Notes under the pieces: generated by a model | Database searches by the model: none | The model's input: only the letters and a program-made list of their open reading frames with translations | Told to the model about the DNA's origin: nothing | Shown here: positions 9,092 to 19,297 of the stretch, in pieces | How the letters are laid out: every line of letters begins with the position of its first letter | How positions within the stretch are numbered: the first letter of the stretch is position 1 | Origin: a virus | IMG/VR virus record: IMGVR_UViG_3300032213_001381 | Coordinates: 4,938 to 68,937 of that record | Direction: 5' to 3' (one strand) | DNA: 64,000 nucleotides | Position numbers and translations under genes: made by a program

Positions 9092-10777
9092 TTAGATTTG
9101 ATCTAAGTCGGAAACATATATCTTGCCGTAGAATTCTGGGCGAACAACTTTCTTAGCATAACGAGTCAATACACCTCTACGTGGAGTAAAGTTGACTGGA
9201 TCGTATACCAATGGAGTTTGTACTAGTGGGATGTATGGAGCATATACTGCACCGGTTTCTAGGAAGTTATTTCCACGGAAGCCCATCAAGATGGTGTTTT
9301 CTTGCATATATGGGTTCTTGTAGACTTGGAAGCGACTTGCGAAGCTACCAACACGACTTACACCCATTGCGAACTTAGCACTATCACCGTCAGTGTTAAC
9401 AACATATCCTGGGATTGATTCCAAGATGGTTGCTACGTCTGGTCCAACTACTAGGAAGTTTGCACCACCACGTAGAGTCAATTGATGAATCTTGTTAGAG
9501 ACCTTTTGGATCTTGTTACCAAGAGTTTGGAACCAAGTGCTCTTTACGTAAGCAGTCTTGTTTGCTGCGGCGGTATCTACAGTGAAGGTTGGAAGACCGT
9601 TTGAGTCATTTGCACCCTTGATGATATCCTTACCGATTACGGCAGACCATGCTTCAGTTGTCAAAGATGGAGCAGCATTGATCAACATGTCCATGATTTC
9701 AAGATCAATTTCCATTGATACGTATTCACTCAAGAGAGCAGTCAATTCTGCTTCTGCATCAATGCTGTGGTAAGCATTCAAGTCTTGAGCCAATTCTGGG
9801 GTCCAGACTGCCTTTAACTTACGAGTCTTAGCAACGATAGGTTCGCTCTTAAGTTCCAAGTTAACTTCTGGGATATTGATATCAGTACCGTCATCAATAC
9901 CTGTACCAGATCCAGAACCCTTGAATGGATCTTTATCTTCAAAGTCACCACGGGTACTATCAGTAGGTTGTACTGTATAGGTCAAGGTAGCGGTACCTGG
10001 AGTTGGTGCTTGTGAACTTGTGTTGATGAATTGGATTCTGTAGTATGGGGATGCCAAAGAACCAGTGTTATATACCTTGGTCAATTCATTTACAATGTTT
10101 GATGGATTGATACCTGAACCACTAAAAGCAAAGCTTCTTACTGCGTTCAAATCAATTCTACCACCACTGTTGTCACCGATATCAACGGTAATTTTCTTAC
10201 CTACGAAAGCGGTTGTGCTTGAACTGTATTGAGAATCAAAGTCAAGATCAGATAGAGTTACTGATCCAGTAGTGAAACTTAGTACAGATGATGTATAGTT
10301 TTCGGTATAAGCATAACGACCAACACCGTATAGACCGTTTACAGCTGCATCGGTAGAACCAAGCTTTAGTCCGTTACCACCGAATAGTGATTGACCGTTA
10401 TATGCGTTTTGGCCTGGAAGACCACCACGGGTTGTACCATACTTGAAGTCTAGATAGAAGATTAGACCGGATGGTAGATTCATTGGTTGAACTGAAACGA
10501 ATTCCTTAGCGGAAATTTCAGCGAATACACGGCGAACCAATGGAAGAGCAACGCCAGCCCATTGTTCACTGTTAGCAGAAGTACCAGTAGCGGTAGCTTC
10601 GTTCAACAATTGTTGTGCTTGGTTTTCAAGCAAGATGGACATGTGTGCTTTATCAACACCTTCTAGTCCTTCAAGAAGACCAGTCTTGTCCCATTTGCTT
10701 TGCAATCCACGAGTTTCAGTCATCAACTTAGCCTGTGGATTCATATTGTTTGTCAATAATGATTTAATATCACTCAT
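9092..10777 (-). CDS. gp23: Major capsid protein (T4 gp23-like)
   Basis: LPLVRRVF, VQPMNLPSGLIF, KTRKLKAVWTPELAQDLNAYHSIDAEAEL, YAPYIPL and FTPRRGVLTRY; higher GC consistent with high expression. Confidence 0.97.
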   Translation of the reverse strand: MSDIKSLLTNNMNPQAKLMTETRGLQSKWDKTGLLEGLEGVDKAHMSILLENQAQQLLNEATATGTSANSEQWAGVALPLVRRVFAEISAKEFVSVQPMNLPSGLIFYLDFKYGTTRGGLPGQNAYNGQSLFGGNGLKLGSTDAAVNGLYGVGRYAYTENYTSSVLSFTTGSVTLSDLDFDSQYSSSTTAFVGKKITVDIGDNSGGRIDLNAVRSFAFSGSGINPSNIVNELTKVYNTGSLASPYYRIQFINTSSQAPTPGTATLTYTVQPTDSTRGDFEDKDPFKGSGSGTGIDDGTDINIPEVNLELKSEPIVAKTRKLKAVWTPELAQDLNAYHSIDAEAELTALLSEYVSMEIDLEIMDMLINAAPSLTTEAWSAVIGKDIIKGANDSNGLPTFTVDTAAANKTAYVKSTWFQTLGNKIQKVSNKIHQLTLRGGANFLVVGPDVATILESIPGYVVNTDGDSAKFAMGVSRVGSFASRFQVYKNPYMQENTILMGFRGNNFLETGAVYAPYIPLVQTPLVYDPVNFTPRRGVLTRYAKKVVRPEFYGKIYVSDLDQI

Positions 10778-10825
10778 AATTTGAATTTATTTTATAGTTA
10801 GTTTTTACTCACCTTAATTTAACTT

Positions 10826-11899
10826 TTACTTCTTAATTCCGGCGAGCTTTTGGAATCTTGAAGCCATCACGTTGCTGTTTTCTACAATCAATTCCTTTGC
10901 AGGAGCTGTTGATGCAACTGGTTTACTTGCCAAACCTTCGGTGATTGTTTTTACAGTTGTATTGGTTTTCTTGACAACTGATCCACCTAAACTATATGAT
11001 TCGGACAAAATAGTATAACTCAACTTGACTTCACGGATGGACTTAGCCAAGTCGAATGTTTCCACGACCTTAAGTTTTTGCTTTTGGTCTAGGTTAAAGC
11101 TGTTAAATAGTTTATTTGTATATAGCAACTTTGCATTCAACAAATTAACTTCGTTTAGTTGATCACGTAGATATTGAACAGTAGCCATAGCTTCGTTCAA
11201 TTCAGCTTGAAGAGATTCGTCAACCTTTTCATCTTCAATCTTTTCATCTACTTTTTCTTCTTTTTCGTCTTCTTCTTTTTCTTCCTTTTCTTCATTGACG
11301 ATAGATTCTTCCATTTCTTCTTCTTCTTCTTCGGTTTCTTCTTCGTTCAAAGAATCAAGAAGTTCTTGTAGATCAACTACTTCATCTCCTTCAGTTTCTT
11401 CGGCTACTGGAGCAGGAGCTGGTGCTGCAGCCATTGGATCAACTGGAGCAGGTGCAACTGGAGCGGCCATTGGATCAACTGGTGCTACTGGAGCAGGTGC
11501 TACTGCGGTTGGTTCAACTGGAGCAGGAGCTGGTGCAGCTGGAACATTTGGATCAACTTGACCTGCTTCATCCAATTCACCTTCTAGTTCTGCAAGAATT
11601 TCATTCAATTCTTCATCAGTGATTTCAACGGATTCTTCTTCTAAAGATACCATATCGTTATCTGATCCTTGAGGATCTTTTGTAGAAGATTGAGTTTTAA
11701 ATGAATCAACGCCCTTTCCTTTTCCGATTTCGGAACTGTGAACGTTTTCATCGGTTGCAATTTCGTTTTTTAATTTTTCGGCTAACATAGCTTCTAACTT
11801 TGGTTGGAATGCTTCTTCCAACGCTGCTTTTGCATTTGCAAGTGCTGTAGCACGTACAGCCTTAGCGTCAGCAATAGCTTCTTTTAATAGATTTGACAT
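10826..11899 (-). CDS. Prohead core / scaffolding protein
   Basis: Immediately upstream of the capsid gene; acidic coiled coil, Pro/Ala linker, many LxE sites, ends RFQKLAGIKK; SD AAGGA upstream. Confidence 0.85.
   Translation of the reverse strand: MSNLLKEAIADAKAVRATALANAKAALEEAFQPKLEAMLAEKLKNEIATDENVHSSEIGKGKGVDSFKTQSSTKDPQGSDNDMVSLEEESVEITDEELNEILAELEGELDEAGQVDPNVPAAPAPAPVEPTAVAPAPVAPVDPMAAPVAPAPVDPMAAAPAPAPVAEETEGDEVVDLQELLDSLNEEETEEEEEEMEESIVNEEKEEKEEDEKEEKVDEKIEDEKVDESLQAELNEAMATVQYLRDQLNEVNLLNAKLLYTNKLFNSFNLDQKQKLKVVETFDLAKSIREVKLSYTILSESYSLGGSVVKKTNTTVKTITEGLASKPVASTAPAKELIVENSNVMASRFQKLAGIKK
11400..11550 (-). repeat. Imperfect APAPVDPMAA-type coding repeats in the scaffold
   Basis: Recurring GGAGCAGG/CCATTGGATCAACTGG units encoding a Pro/Ala-rich linker. 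Confidence 0.7.
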
Positions 11900-12010
11900 A
11901 TTTATTTTCCTTATTTGTGTGAAGTTATTGAGGATTTGAACTTCAATGAAGATTAATTAATTATATGTTGCGACAAAGGAAATGTCGTATTACTGTTGAA
12001 TAAATATAAA
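11900..12010 (-). promoter_or_regulatory. Structured 5' leader of the scaffold-capsid operon
   Basis: ATATTTAT motif, hairpin CGACA-TTTCCTT-TGTCG, second stem GAAGTT/AACTTC, then SD AAGGAAA. Confidence 0.55.
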
Positions 12011-12053
12011 TAAAAAATTGAAAGTAATAAAAAATCTTGATATTTATTGTATT

Positions 12054-12644
12054 ATGCCATATAAAATAAAAGGTAAATGTATTTACAACAAAGAAACTGG
12101 TAAAAAACTTGGATGTACTGACGGTGATGTTCAAAGATATTTACGTGCATTATATGCAAATGTACCAGATGCAAAAAAGAACGAAATACGAACAAAATTG
12201 AAAGAAATATTTCGTAGATCATTCGCAAATGTAATCAATGAAACCGCTGAACTAAACAAAAAGAATGTTAAGTTTAGAGATGAATTAAATAAAAATCAGG
12301 GACTTGATTTTAAACCATATGAAGTTGCAAAAATTGCAGAAGTAACAGGTCCAGTCAACAACAAAAATGCTGGATCTGGTATGGAATTGAGTTTTGATAA
12401 AGAATTCAATGAAAATACAATTAAGTTTGTAATTAAGAAATTAACAAACGAAGAAGATGACACCAAGAATTCTTTCAAATATGGTGTATGGTATACTGAA
12501 TATCAAAATGAAGAAGACTTTGATAAACCTTCAGCAGAAATTCGTTATAAGTTATCCGATCCAATTACTAATGATACTGGTGAAGGAGAAATAAAAAATA
12601 AATTATATAGTTTCATAAAAGACGCAATTAAAATTAATAATTAA
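12054..12644 (+). CDS. Hypothetical protein (ATG start at 12054 preferred over the track TTG at 12018)
   Basis: MPYKIKGKCIYNKETGKKLGC...; ATATTTAT motif directly upstream on the plus strand; internal VINE junction. Confidence 0.7.
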   Translation: MPYKIKGKCIYNKETGKKLGCTDGDVQRYLRALYANVPDAKKNEIRTKLKEIFRRSFANVINETAELNKKNVKFRDELNKNQGLDFKPYEVAKIAEVTGPVNNKNAGSGMELSFDKEFNENTIKFVIKKLTNEEDDTKNSFKYGVWYTEYQNEEDFDKPSAEIRYKLSDPITNDTGEGEIKNKLYSFIKDAIKINN

Positions 12645-12646
12645 TT

Positions 12647-12955
12647 ATGACACATTTAAAATCATTCTTAAAAAAAGAAAGTGGAGAAAAAGAATATAAA
12701 TTGGATGATATAGATCATCCAAATGGATGGGAATGGAAAGAAATTGATATGTTAATTGGAATGGGTTTTGAACCCGAAGGCGATGCCAGAATGGTACTAA
12801 AAGTAAGAAATCAAAATCACATGGATGATTTTACTTATAAAGTATATAAGACAGATGATGCTTATGTTTTAATAATAAATGATACCAAACACTTATTCAA
12901 AACATTCAGTGATATGTTAAATAAAATAGATGAACTTGGTTCAACAGAAATTTAA
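12647..12955 (+). CDS. Hypothetical protein
   Basis: 102 aa, 2 nt after the previous stop and followed by a terminator; MTHLKSFLKKE leader. Confidence 0.7.
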   Translation: MTHLKSFLKKESGEKEYKLDDIDHPNGWEWKEIDMLIGMGFEPEGDARMVLKVRNQNHMDDFTYKVYKTDDAYVLIINDTKHLFKTFSDMLNKIDELGSTEI

Positions 12956-12960
12956 AAAAT

Positions 12961-12988
12961 AAACCCCACTTTTTACAGTGGGGTTTTT
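12961..12988. terminator. Bidirectional intrinsic terminator between convergent genes
   Basis: AAACCCCACT/AGTGGGGTTT stem flanked by A- and T-runs. Confidence 0.85.
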
Positions 12989-13007
12989 CATTTCTATTTA
13001 TAATGTT

Positions 13008-13442
13008 TTAATGACTCTTAATTTCAAAATATTTTTCTAAAATGTTACCCATATCTTCATATAGGCTAACCATTTCGTTATTTTGTTGTTGACATTTAGA
13101 AGCATTTTTCTTAAACGCTTCAGACATTTTCTTTAATTCTTTGAAGTGACGAATCGCAGTATTTTCCTGCATCCAATCACCACATTCATTTAATGCATAT
13201 GTTTCAGCATATTGTGATATCTTATCAATATTTTCTGCAATTTTCATCAATTGATGATATTCATAAAGAACTTTTCCATATTCATTATAATTATGCACCA
13301 ATTCGTAAAGAGCTTTCTTTTCTTCCTTAGTAAGAGTCTTTACTGCTGCAGGAGATTCACCAACAACTTGTGGTGATACTGGAGGTGATTGTGGTTGTTG
13401 TGTAATACCTAAAGCTTCTGCTATTTCAGTTAATTTAATCAT
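13008..13442 (-). CDS. Helical head-region protein
   Basis: 144 aa, MIKLTEIAE leader, ends LYEDMGNILEKYFEI. Confidence 0.65.
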   Translation of the reverse strand: MIKLTEIAEALGITQQPQSPPVSPQVVGESPAAVKTLTKEEKKALYELVHNYNEYGKVLYEYHQLMKIAENIDKISQYAETYALNECGDWMQENTAIRHFKELKKMSEAFKKNASKCQQQNNEMVSLYEDMGNILEKYFEIKSH

Positions 13443-13454
13443 ATGATATAAATA

Positions 13455-15128
13455 TTATCTTAATTTGAAAATGTTCTTGTTTTTACTATTAATAGATTCA
13501 AATAGTTTATTTTCTGGTATAATCTTATCTTTTATAAATTTTATTTGGTTTTTATTTATACCAATAAAGATTACATCATTAATTCTATTATTGACTTGTA
13601 TTATATTTTTAAGTGTTAAAAATATGCTCTTGATCATTTTACCAATCGCATCGTCAATTTTTGGAGATAAATAATTTGAAATTAATTGATTTAATTCGGT
13701 TACATTTTTACCACCGGATAATGTAGAATTTTTAGAAAACTCTATTGCTAAAGTATTGATTAGTTTACGTTTAAATAACATTCCCAATTTATTTACTTCA
13801 ATCAATTTAATCTCAGTAAACAATTTAGGTTCTTCCGATTTTAATGCATTAGAATTTAAAGAAAATTCAAATCTAATTCTATTTTTCATATTACATTTGA
13901 TTTTATATGATGTAATATTATCATTATCAATTTTAAATGCCATTAATGTTTTTGAATCATTTGGTAATCTAGTATTAGAATTATCATTTAACTTTGAATT
14001 TAATATTTTTTCAGGATAAATTATAGTTAAACCTCTTAAAAATTCGTCCGTAATATATTCATCCAATTTGGCTTTTAATTCGTTTGTTAAACCATCTGCA
14101 GCGGAACCAGATACAGGTTCTGCGGTTGGAGTAGTTGTACCTACAACTTTTTGATCTATATAATCAACAATATATTTAAATCTTTCTCCTTGTCTTTTCA
14201 TCCAGTTAAGAACATTTTCTGGATTATAATTTGACATGTCTGGATTTGGTTGTATCTTAAAATACCAACTCAAATCTTTGAGAAAATCCAAGTATAATTC
14301 AGATTGTTCAGAATTTAATGCTTCCTTAATTATTCTTTCAGGAATTACAGATCTTCTTGCAGGATTAATTATTAAAGTTGCACTATAAGAAGTACCCGCA
14401 TCTTTATTTGCCACAGTAGAAATTGAATCAGAATATAATGTTTTATAACTTACTGAATTATTTATTGATGCAGATATAGTTGAATAAGCATTCAAAAATT
14501 CAGGTTTAATCCAATATTCTAAAAATTGACCTCTTGATTCAGTTCCAATATATTTTTTATCTATTACATTATTATTTACTAAACCTGAAACATCAAGATT
14601 ACCTTTAAAAGTAGAACTAGTAACAAATAAAATAGGAGATATTTTATATGCAGCTGTATAACCACTATTAATTGTTATATTATCCGATTTTGGTTGTTGA
14701 AAAATTTTTACTAAATCTGTATTTAAATTTTTAGGAGTAGTAATATATTCTCTAGATTCGGCAGATCCAACAACAGACGATGTTGTTGCAGATGAACCAC
14801 TAGGTGATGTGGAACCAGTAACTGATGTTGTTGCTGATGAACTAGTAGGCGTTGTTGTTGGTGTAACTGAGGATGTTGTAGAACTAGGTGTTACAACTGA
14901 ACCTGATGGTGTAGTTAATGTTGGTGATGTAACTGCTGATGGTGTGATTTTTTCAAATTTGTCTTTGAATCTTAAAAATAATGTTTCTACTCCTTTATCT
15001 TTACTATCAGTTGTTACATTTCCGGCGCCCAATACATTTTTAATTCCTTGACCAAATCTTGATAGATTTGCTCTAAACATATCTGATGTTGCTTCATTAA
15101 CTTTATGATTCATATCATTTAATTTCAC
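13455..15128 (-). CDS. Hypothetical protein with a Ser/Thr/Pro-rich linker (putative head-internal protein)
   Basis: 557 aa; overlaps the protease stop; VNE, IKE and LFE sites; about 60-aa S/T/P tract. Confidence 0.6.
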   Translation of the reverse strand: MKLNDMNHKVNEATSDMFRANLSRFGQGIKNVLGAGNVTTDSKDKGVETLFLRFKDKFEKITPSAVTSPTLTTPSGSVVTPSSTTSSVTPTTTPTSSSATTSVTGSTSPSGSSATTSSVVGSAESREYITTPKNLNTDLVKIFQQPKSDNITINSGYTAAYKISPILFVTSSTFKGNLDVSGLVNNNVIDKKYIGTESRGQFLEYWIKPEFLNAYSTISASINNSVSYKTLYSDSISTVANKDAGTSYSATLIINPARRSVIPERIIKEALNSEQSELYLDFLKDLSWYFKIQPNPDMSNYNPENVLNWMKRQGERFKYIVDYIDQKVVGTTTPTAEPVSGSAADGLTNELKAKLDEYITDEFLRGLTIIYPEKILNSKLNDNSNTRLPNDSKTLMAFKIDNDNITSYKIKCNMKNRIRFEFSLNSNALKSEEPKLFTEIKLIEVNKLGMLFKRKLINTLAIEFSKNSTLSGGKNVTELNQLISNYLSPKIDDAIGKMIKSIFLTLKNIIQVNNRINDVIFIGINKNQIKFIKDKIIPENKLFESINSKNKNIFKLR

Positions 15129-15732
15129 CTAATATATCACGAATTAAATCTTCTACTTTTTCCCATTTGTTTGTTAACGGATTTTTTACAACTCCTTCTT
15201 GTAAAGATTGTTCTCCAGATGGAAACATAAATGCACCTTTAGTAGATGGATTGCTAACAAAGTCAAATGCAATTAATTCAAAATCGTCTTGAACTTCATC
15301 AGTACCTTCATGTACATTCTTTTTAACACTACCCATTCCTCTGGAACTAATACCCAACTTAATACCACAATTGAGCAATTCTTTTAAAATATTACCGCTT
15401 GGTGTAGTTAAAATTTCCACTTCACCCATCAAATCATTACCATTCCAATACATTCTTTTTACATTATGACTAACATTCTTTAAATTAACAACGCTACTAT
15501 CTGGATGATCTAATTCACCAAGTGCTCTTCTTTCTCTGATGAAATTTTCATCATATTTTTGAGCTTCTCTTTCTAAAATTTCTTTACCGTAAACTCTACC
15601 ATTTTGATTTTTAGCTTCGGCTCTTTGTAGAACACCTTGTACAACCAATGGCCCACCTTTGGACATTGCTTCTTTAAGTACAGATTTATCTACATCAAAT
15701 GTTATACAATCTACTAATAGTTTTTTATTCAT
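15115..15732 (-). CDS. gp21: Prohead core protease (T4 gp21-like)
   Basis: NQNGRVY, ALGELDHP, VSH, GISSRGMGS and FDFVSNPS motifs. Confidence 0.95.
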   Translation of the reverse strand: MNKKLLVDCITFDVDKSVLKEAMSKGGPLVVQGVLQRAEAKNQNGRVYGKEILEREAQKYDENFIRERRALGELDHPDSSVVNLKNVSHNVKRMYWNGNDLMGEVEILTTPSGNILKELLNCGIKLGISSRGMGSVKKNVHEGTDEVQDDFELIAFDFVSNPSTKGAFMFPSGEQSLQEGVVKNPLTNKWEKVEDLIRDILGEIK

Positions 15733-15737
15733 ATATG

Positions 15738-16406
15738 TTATACTCCTTTTGTTGCAGTGTTTGTTGGTACAACAGGAGCAACTGGTGTTGCTGGAGCTTG
15801 TTGTTGTTTCTTCTTTGCAGAAGGCGTAACAACTGCATTACCTAAAATTTTGATTTGATATGGTGGTTTGACAAAGTATTCACTTTCCTTTTGTTTACCT
15901 TGTTCTCTACCTTTGATTATTATTACATATTTTTCATAATAAAAATCAATACTTACACCAGAAACATTTACTATATAATCTTTTTCTGGTTGACCATATC
16001 CTTTTGATGCTCTTAATTGAACTTGTTTATTTCCAATTTTGCTCAATATTTTGTTTTGAAAATTTCCCTTATTTTGTAGAGTGGATTGTGATACTCTACT
16101 TTCAAAATCTGTCAAATCAAACTTAGCATCATATACATTTGGATCTTGTTGTCCTTGTCCTTGATTACCTTGTTGTGAAGGTTGTTCAGTAGGATCAGCG
16201 GCTTCATTAACTGGTTTTGCTAGAGTATATCCTAGAACAGTACCTAAATCTGCTCTACCTTTCTTACTTTTAGAAACCCAATTTGGAACAGAAATAGCAC
16301 CAACTGCACCAGTTGTAGTGATTTCATCCATTACTTGTTTAATTAATTCTTTGATTTTTTGTTTCAAAGATTCATCTGACTTAATAATTTCTTTTGTTTC
16401 GTTCAT
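15738..16406 (-). CDS. Hypothetical head-region protein
   Basis: 222 aa; LIKQVMDE and PVNE junctions; Gln-rich linkers. Confidence 0.6.
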   Translation of the reverse strand: MNETKEIIKSDESLKQKIKELIKQVMDEITTTGAVGAISVPNWVSKSKKGRADLGTVLGYTLAKPVNEAADPTEQPSQQGNQGQGQQDPNVYDAKFDLTDFESRVSQSTLQNKGNFQNKILSKIGNKQVQLRASKGYGQPEKDYIVNVSGVSIDFYYEKYVIIIKGREQGKQKESEYFVKPPYQIKILGNAVVTPSAKKKQQQAPATPVAPVVPTNTATKGV

Positions 16407-16407
16407 A

Positions 16408-17274
16408 TTAAAGTTGATTCTTGATTTCTTTTATCAATTCATATGATAACAATAGAACCATTACTTGATTGTCTTTAACGAGATTAAATTTTTTAACATT
16501 ATCAAGTTGTTTTACAGTTTCATTAATCTTGATCTTAATGACATCATCTGAAATTTTATTGGTTAATTCAGTCAATTGTTTCTTAACATTAGAAACTTCA
16601 TTGTCAATTAATGTTTTCAATGAATTTGTATTGCTTATACTATTGATATATTCTTTCAATAAATTCTTTTGATTTGAATCTAAATCTTTATACTTTTCAT
16701 TTAAAGATTCTACCAATATCTTATAACTCAAAAGACGAACTTCTTCATTTTGTTGTTTATAAACATTAATCATTTCGTCTTCAGTTTCTTTAGTAACTTT
16801 TTTAATGCCACATAAATTTTCAACAATACAAGTTCTGGATGTAACAATTTCTTTTACATCAAACTTTGAGTTTTTATCACTATGATTTTCAAAAATTTTA
16901 TATATTGAAGCTAAGACTTTATAATTTTTAATACTAGACTTAAATAAGTCATTAATTGGATAAACATCTTTGATTTCTTTGATTAAATTATATTTTTCAG
17001 ATGTTAATGACTTTTGATTTAATTTGTCTCTTTGTTTTAATACTATTTCAATATACTTTTCAGCTTGCGTTTCGTCTTTTGCAACTTCGTTGACTAAAAA
17101 GTTATACAATTGTAACTCTTTGCCTAATTCTTTATTTTCAGAAAAGTATTTGAATAGAATATTCTTGGCAAAAGATTCGTCTTTTCCAGACAAAATATCT
17201 GATGTCACTTGTCGAGTGAGCAATTCAAACAATATTCCTGTGTTTCTAAACTTTGAATGCTTAGCTTTGTGCAT
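16408..17274 (-). CDS. Helical head-assembly region protein
   Basis: KHSKFRNTGILFELL N-terminus; lies between portal and protease. Confidence 0.6.
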   Translation of the reverse strand: MHKAKHSKFRNTGILFELLTRQVTSDILSGKDESFAKNILFKYFSENKELGKELQLYNFLVNEVAKDETQAEKYIEIVLKQRDKLNQKSLTSEKYNLIKEIKDVYPINDLFKSSIKNYKVLASIYKIFENHSDKNSKFDVKEIVTSRTCIVENLCGIKKVTKETEDEMINVYKQQNEEVRLLSYKILVESLNEKYKDLDSNQKNLLKEYINSISNTNSLKTLIDNEVSNVKKQLTELTNKISDDVIKIKINETVKQLDNVKKFNLVKDNQVMVLLLSYELIKEIKNQL

Positions 17275-17350
17275 ATAATTTAATCTTCGTTATTTTATAA
17301 ATATAGTAAATTTATAGTAAAAATCATTTTTAATATACTATTTACATGGA

Positions 17351-19276
17351 TTATTCAATAATATTTTTTTCGTCTAACATTGATAGACTTTTTGTTTCAT
17401 TTAAAAGTTCACTTTTGATTTGAGAAGTAGTTTTTAAGAAGTCATTTAAACCCTCTAAACTCAATGGAGATTTGGTTTTTGAACCTTGTCTAATTGGATC
17501 TGTTTGTGACTGTGATACATTTTCTTTGCTTCCTAATGGATCATATCCAAAGGTAATATCTTTTCTCTTTTTATGTGATCCTTTTTGTGAAGGTCTTTTG
17601 TATGTTCTAAGAGATTTTTCAGTTAATGCAGGAGTTTCACTGCCACCGGCCTCTGCTCCACCTGGTTCACTTCCACCTTCTGGTGCAGCACCACCTTCAC
17701 CTCCACCAGTTTCTGCTCCTGGTTCGCCTCCACCTGATTCAGGTTCGCCTCCACCACTAGATCCACCTTCTTCTGGTTTGATTTTATTGAATGGTTTGGC
17801 TGGATCAATACCTTCATCTTCAATTTGTTTAAATCTATAAGATTGTTTTGCATCTTCTACCAAGTCATTCTTTTGAATATCAACATCTTCTTCAGAAATC
17901 TTAAATACATTTTCATATATCCACTTCTTACTAAATAATTTGGTTTCCATCATGTCTTTGGAAAGATTGACTTTATCTTGCCAAATAGCAATCTTTTCTT
18001 TTTCAAAAATTACTGAAGGATTTGTTAATTCTAATGTAAAATCAACTAATGATGCATCTTTATATCCTTGCGCATACAAATGTACCATTGCAATTTTGTT
18101 CAATTCACTAATCAAAATTCTTTGTACTCTGTTTACTGTTTTAGCAAATCTTACATCTTCACTTGCAAGTGTTGCTTTACCACTCAAATCTTCTTCATAA
18201 CCCAAAAATGCCTTTGGAATCTTTAATGCAGCTAACATCTTGTTACGAAGATATTCAATATCATCAATACCATTGAATTCCATACCACTCAATGGTTCAA
18301 TACTAGTACCACTATCACTACCACGAACTGGCAAATAAAAGTCTTCTACCATGTTCTGTAGATTAAAACGAAGATTATAATCACCAGTTTTTTCATCAAT
18401 ATATGGGACTTTTTTCATCTTGTCCATCAATCTTTGCATATATTGATCCACTTCAGAAGGCGGAATATTACCAACGTCAACTTTAAAAATTCTCTTTTCG
18501 GGAGCACGCATTACACGATGAATTAACATTGCATCTTCCATCAATGATAATTGTTTCCAAACTCTTCTACCACCTTCAATGATGCTCTTACCATAAGGAA
18601 TAAAATTACTATCACTCAACATTCTAAAATGTGCAACTTGATAGTTTTCCAATTCTTCTAATCTGCCACCTTCTGGTAAATTGATTTGGAATTTAACATA
18701 GTTTTTGTTTGTTAAATCACTATTTTCTACACGGGTAACATTGTATGCACTAATAGGTTCTACCATGTATACACCATATTCTGGACTAATATACATTTTC
18801 AAATAGAAATCGCCGTACTTTACAAGATTTCTAGTCCAACTCCACATATTAAATTCAATATTAAGAATATCATAGAACAAATTATAAAGAATTTGTTTAA
18901 TGTTATCATTACTTGAATGAATTATAAGAATTTCACCCAATTCATTTTTAGTTACACTTTCATCAGCGTAAATATCCAATGCAGATGAAATGATTGGGTC
19001 CATATCCATCGTATCATAATCACGAAATAGTTCAATACGAGCAGCTTGATAACTTAAAGTAAAATCTCTGCTATATTGATTATATGAAGATGTTCTAATT
19101 CTATTAAAACGATCTCTAAGTGTATTGCGGTCTGTAGCATACATTACTTCATCTGTATCTACTACCTTTAACTTTTTACCACCAATATTACGGATTACCG
19201 CATCAGTAGAGAAAAGTCTCTTTAATTTTGAATATAAAGATCTTTGTTTTAATATTTGAAATTCTTCGTTTGCCAT
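17351..19276 (-). CDS. gp20: Portal protein (T4 gp20-like)
   Basis: LMEDAMLIHRVMRAPEKRIFKVDVGN, EDFYLPVRG, DIEYL and ALKIPK; Gly/Glu-rich C-terminal tail. Confidence 0.96.
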   Translation of the reverse strand: MANEEFQILKQRSLYSKLKRLFSTDAVIRNIGGKKLKVVDTDEVMYATDRNTLRDRFNRIRTSSYNQYSRDFTLSYQAARIELFRDYDTMDMDPIISSALDIYADESVTKNELGEILIIHSSNDNIKQILYNLFYDILNIEFNMWSWTRNLVKYGDFYLKMYISPEYGVYMVEPISAYNVTRVENSDLTNKNYVKFQINLPEGGRLEELENYQVAHFRMLSDSNFIPYGKSIIEGGRRVWKQLSLMEDAMLIHRVMRAPEKRIFKVDVGNIPPSEVDQYMQRLMDKMKKVPYIDEKTGDYNLRFNLQNMVEDFYLPVRGSDSGTSIEPLSGMEFNGIDDIEYLRNKMLAALKIPKAFLGYEEDLSGKATLASEDVRFAKTVNRVQRILISELNKIAMVHLYAQGYKDASLVDFTLELTNPSVIFEKEKIAIWQDKVNLSKDMMETKLFSKKWIYENVFKISEEDVDIQKNDLVEDAKQSYRFKQIEDEGIDPAKPFNKIKPEEGGSSGGGEPESGGGEPGAETGGGEGGAAPEGGSEPGGAEAGGSETPALTEKSLRTYKRPSQKGSHKKRKDITFGYDPLGSKENVSQSQTDPIRQGSKTKSPLSLEGLNDFLKTTSQIKSELLNETKSLSMLDEKNIIE

Positions 19277-19297
19277 AGTTTTATATATATAAATATG

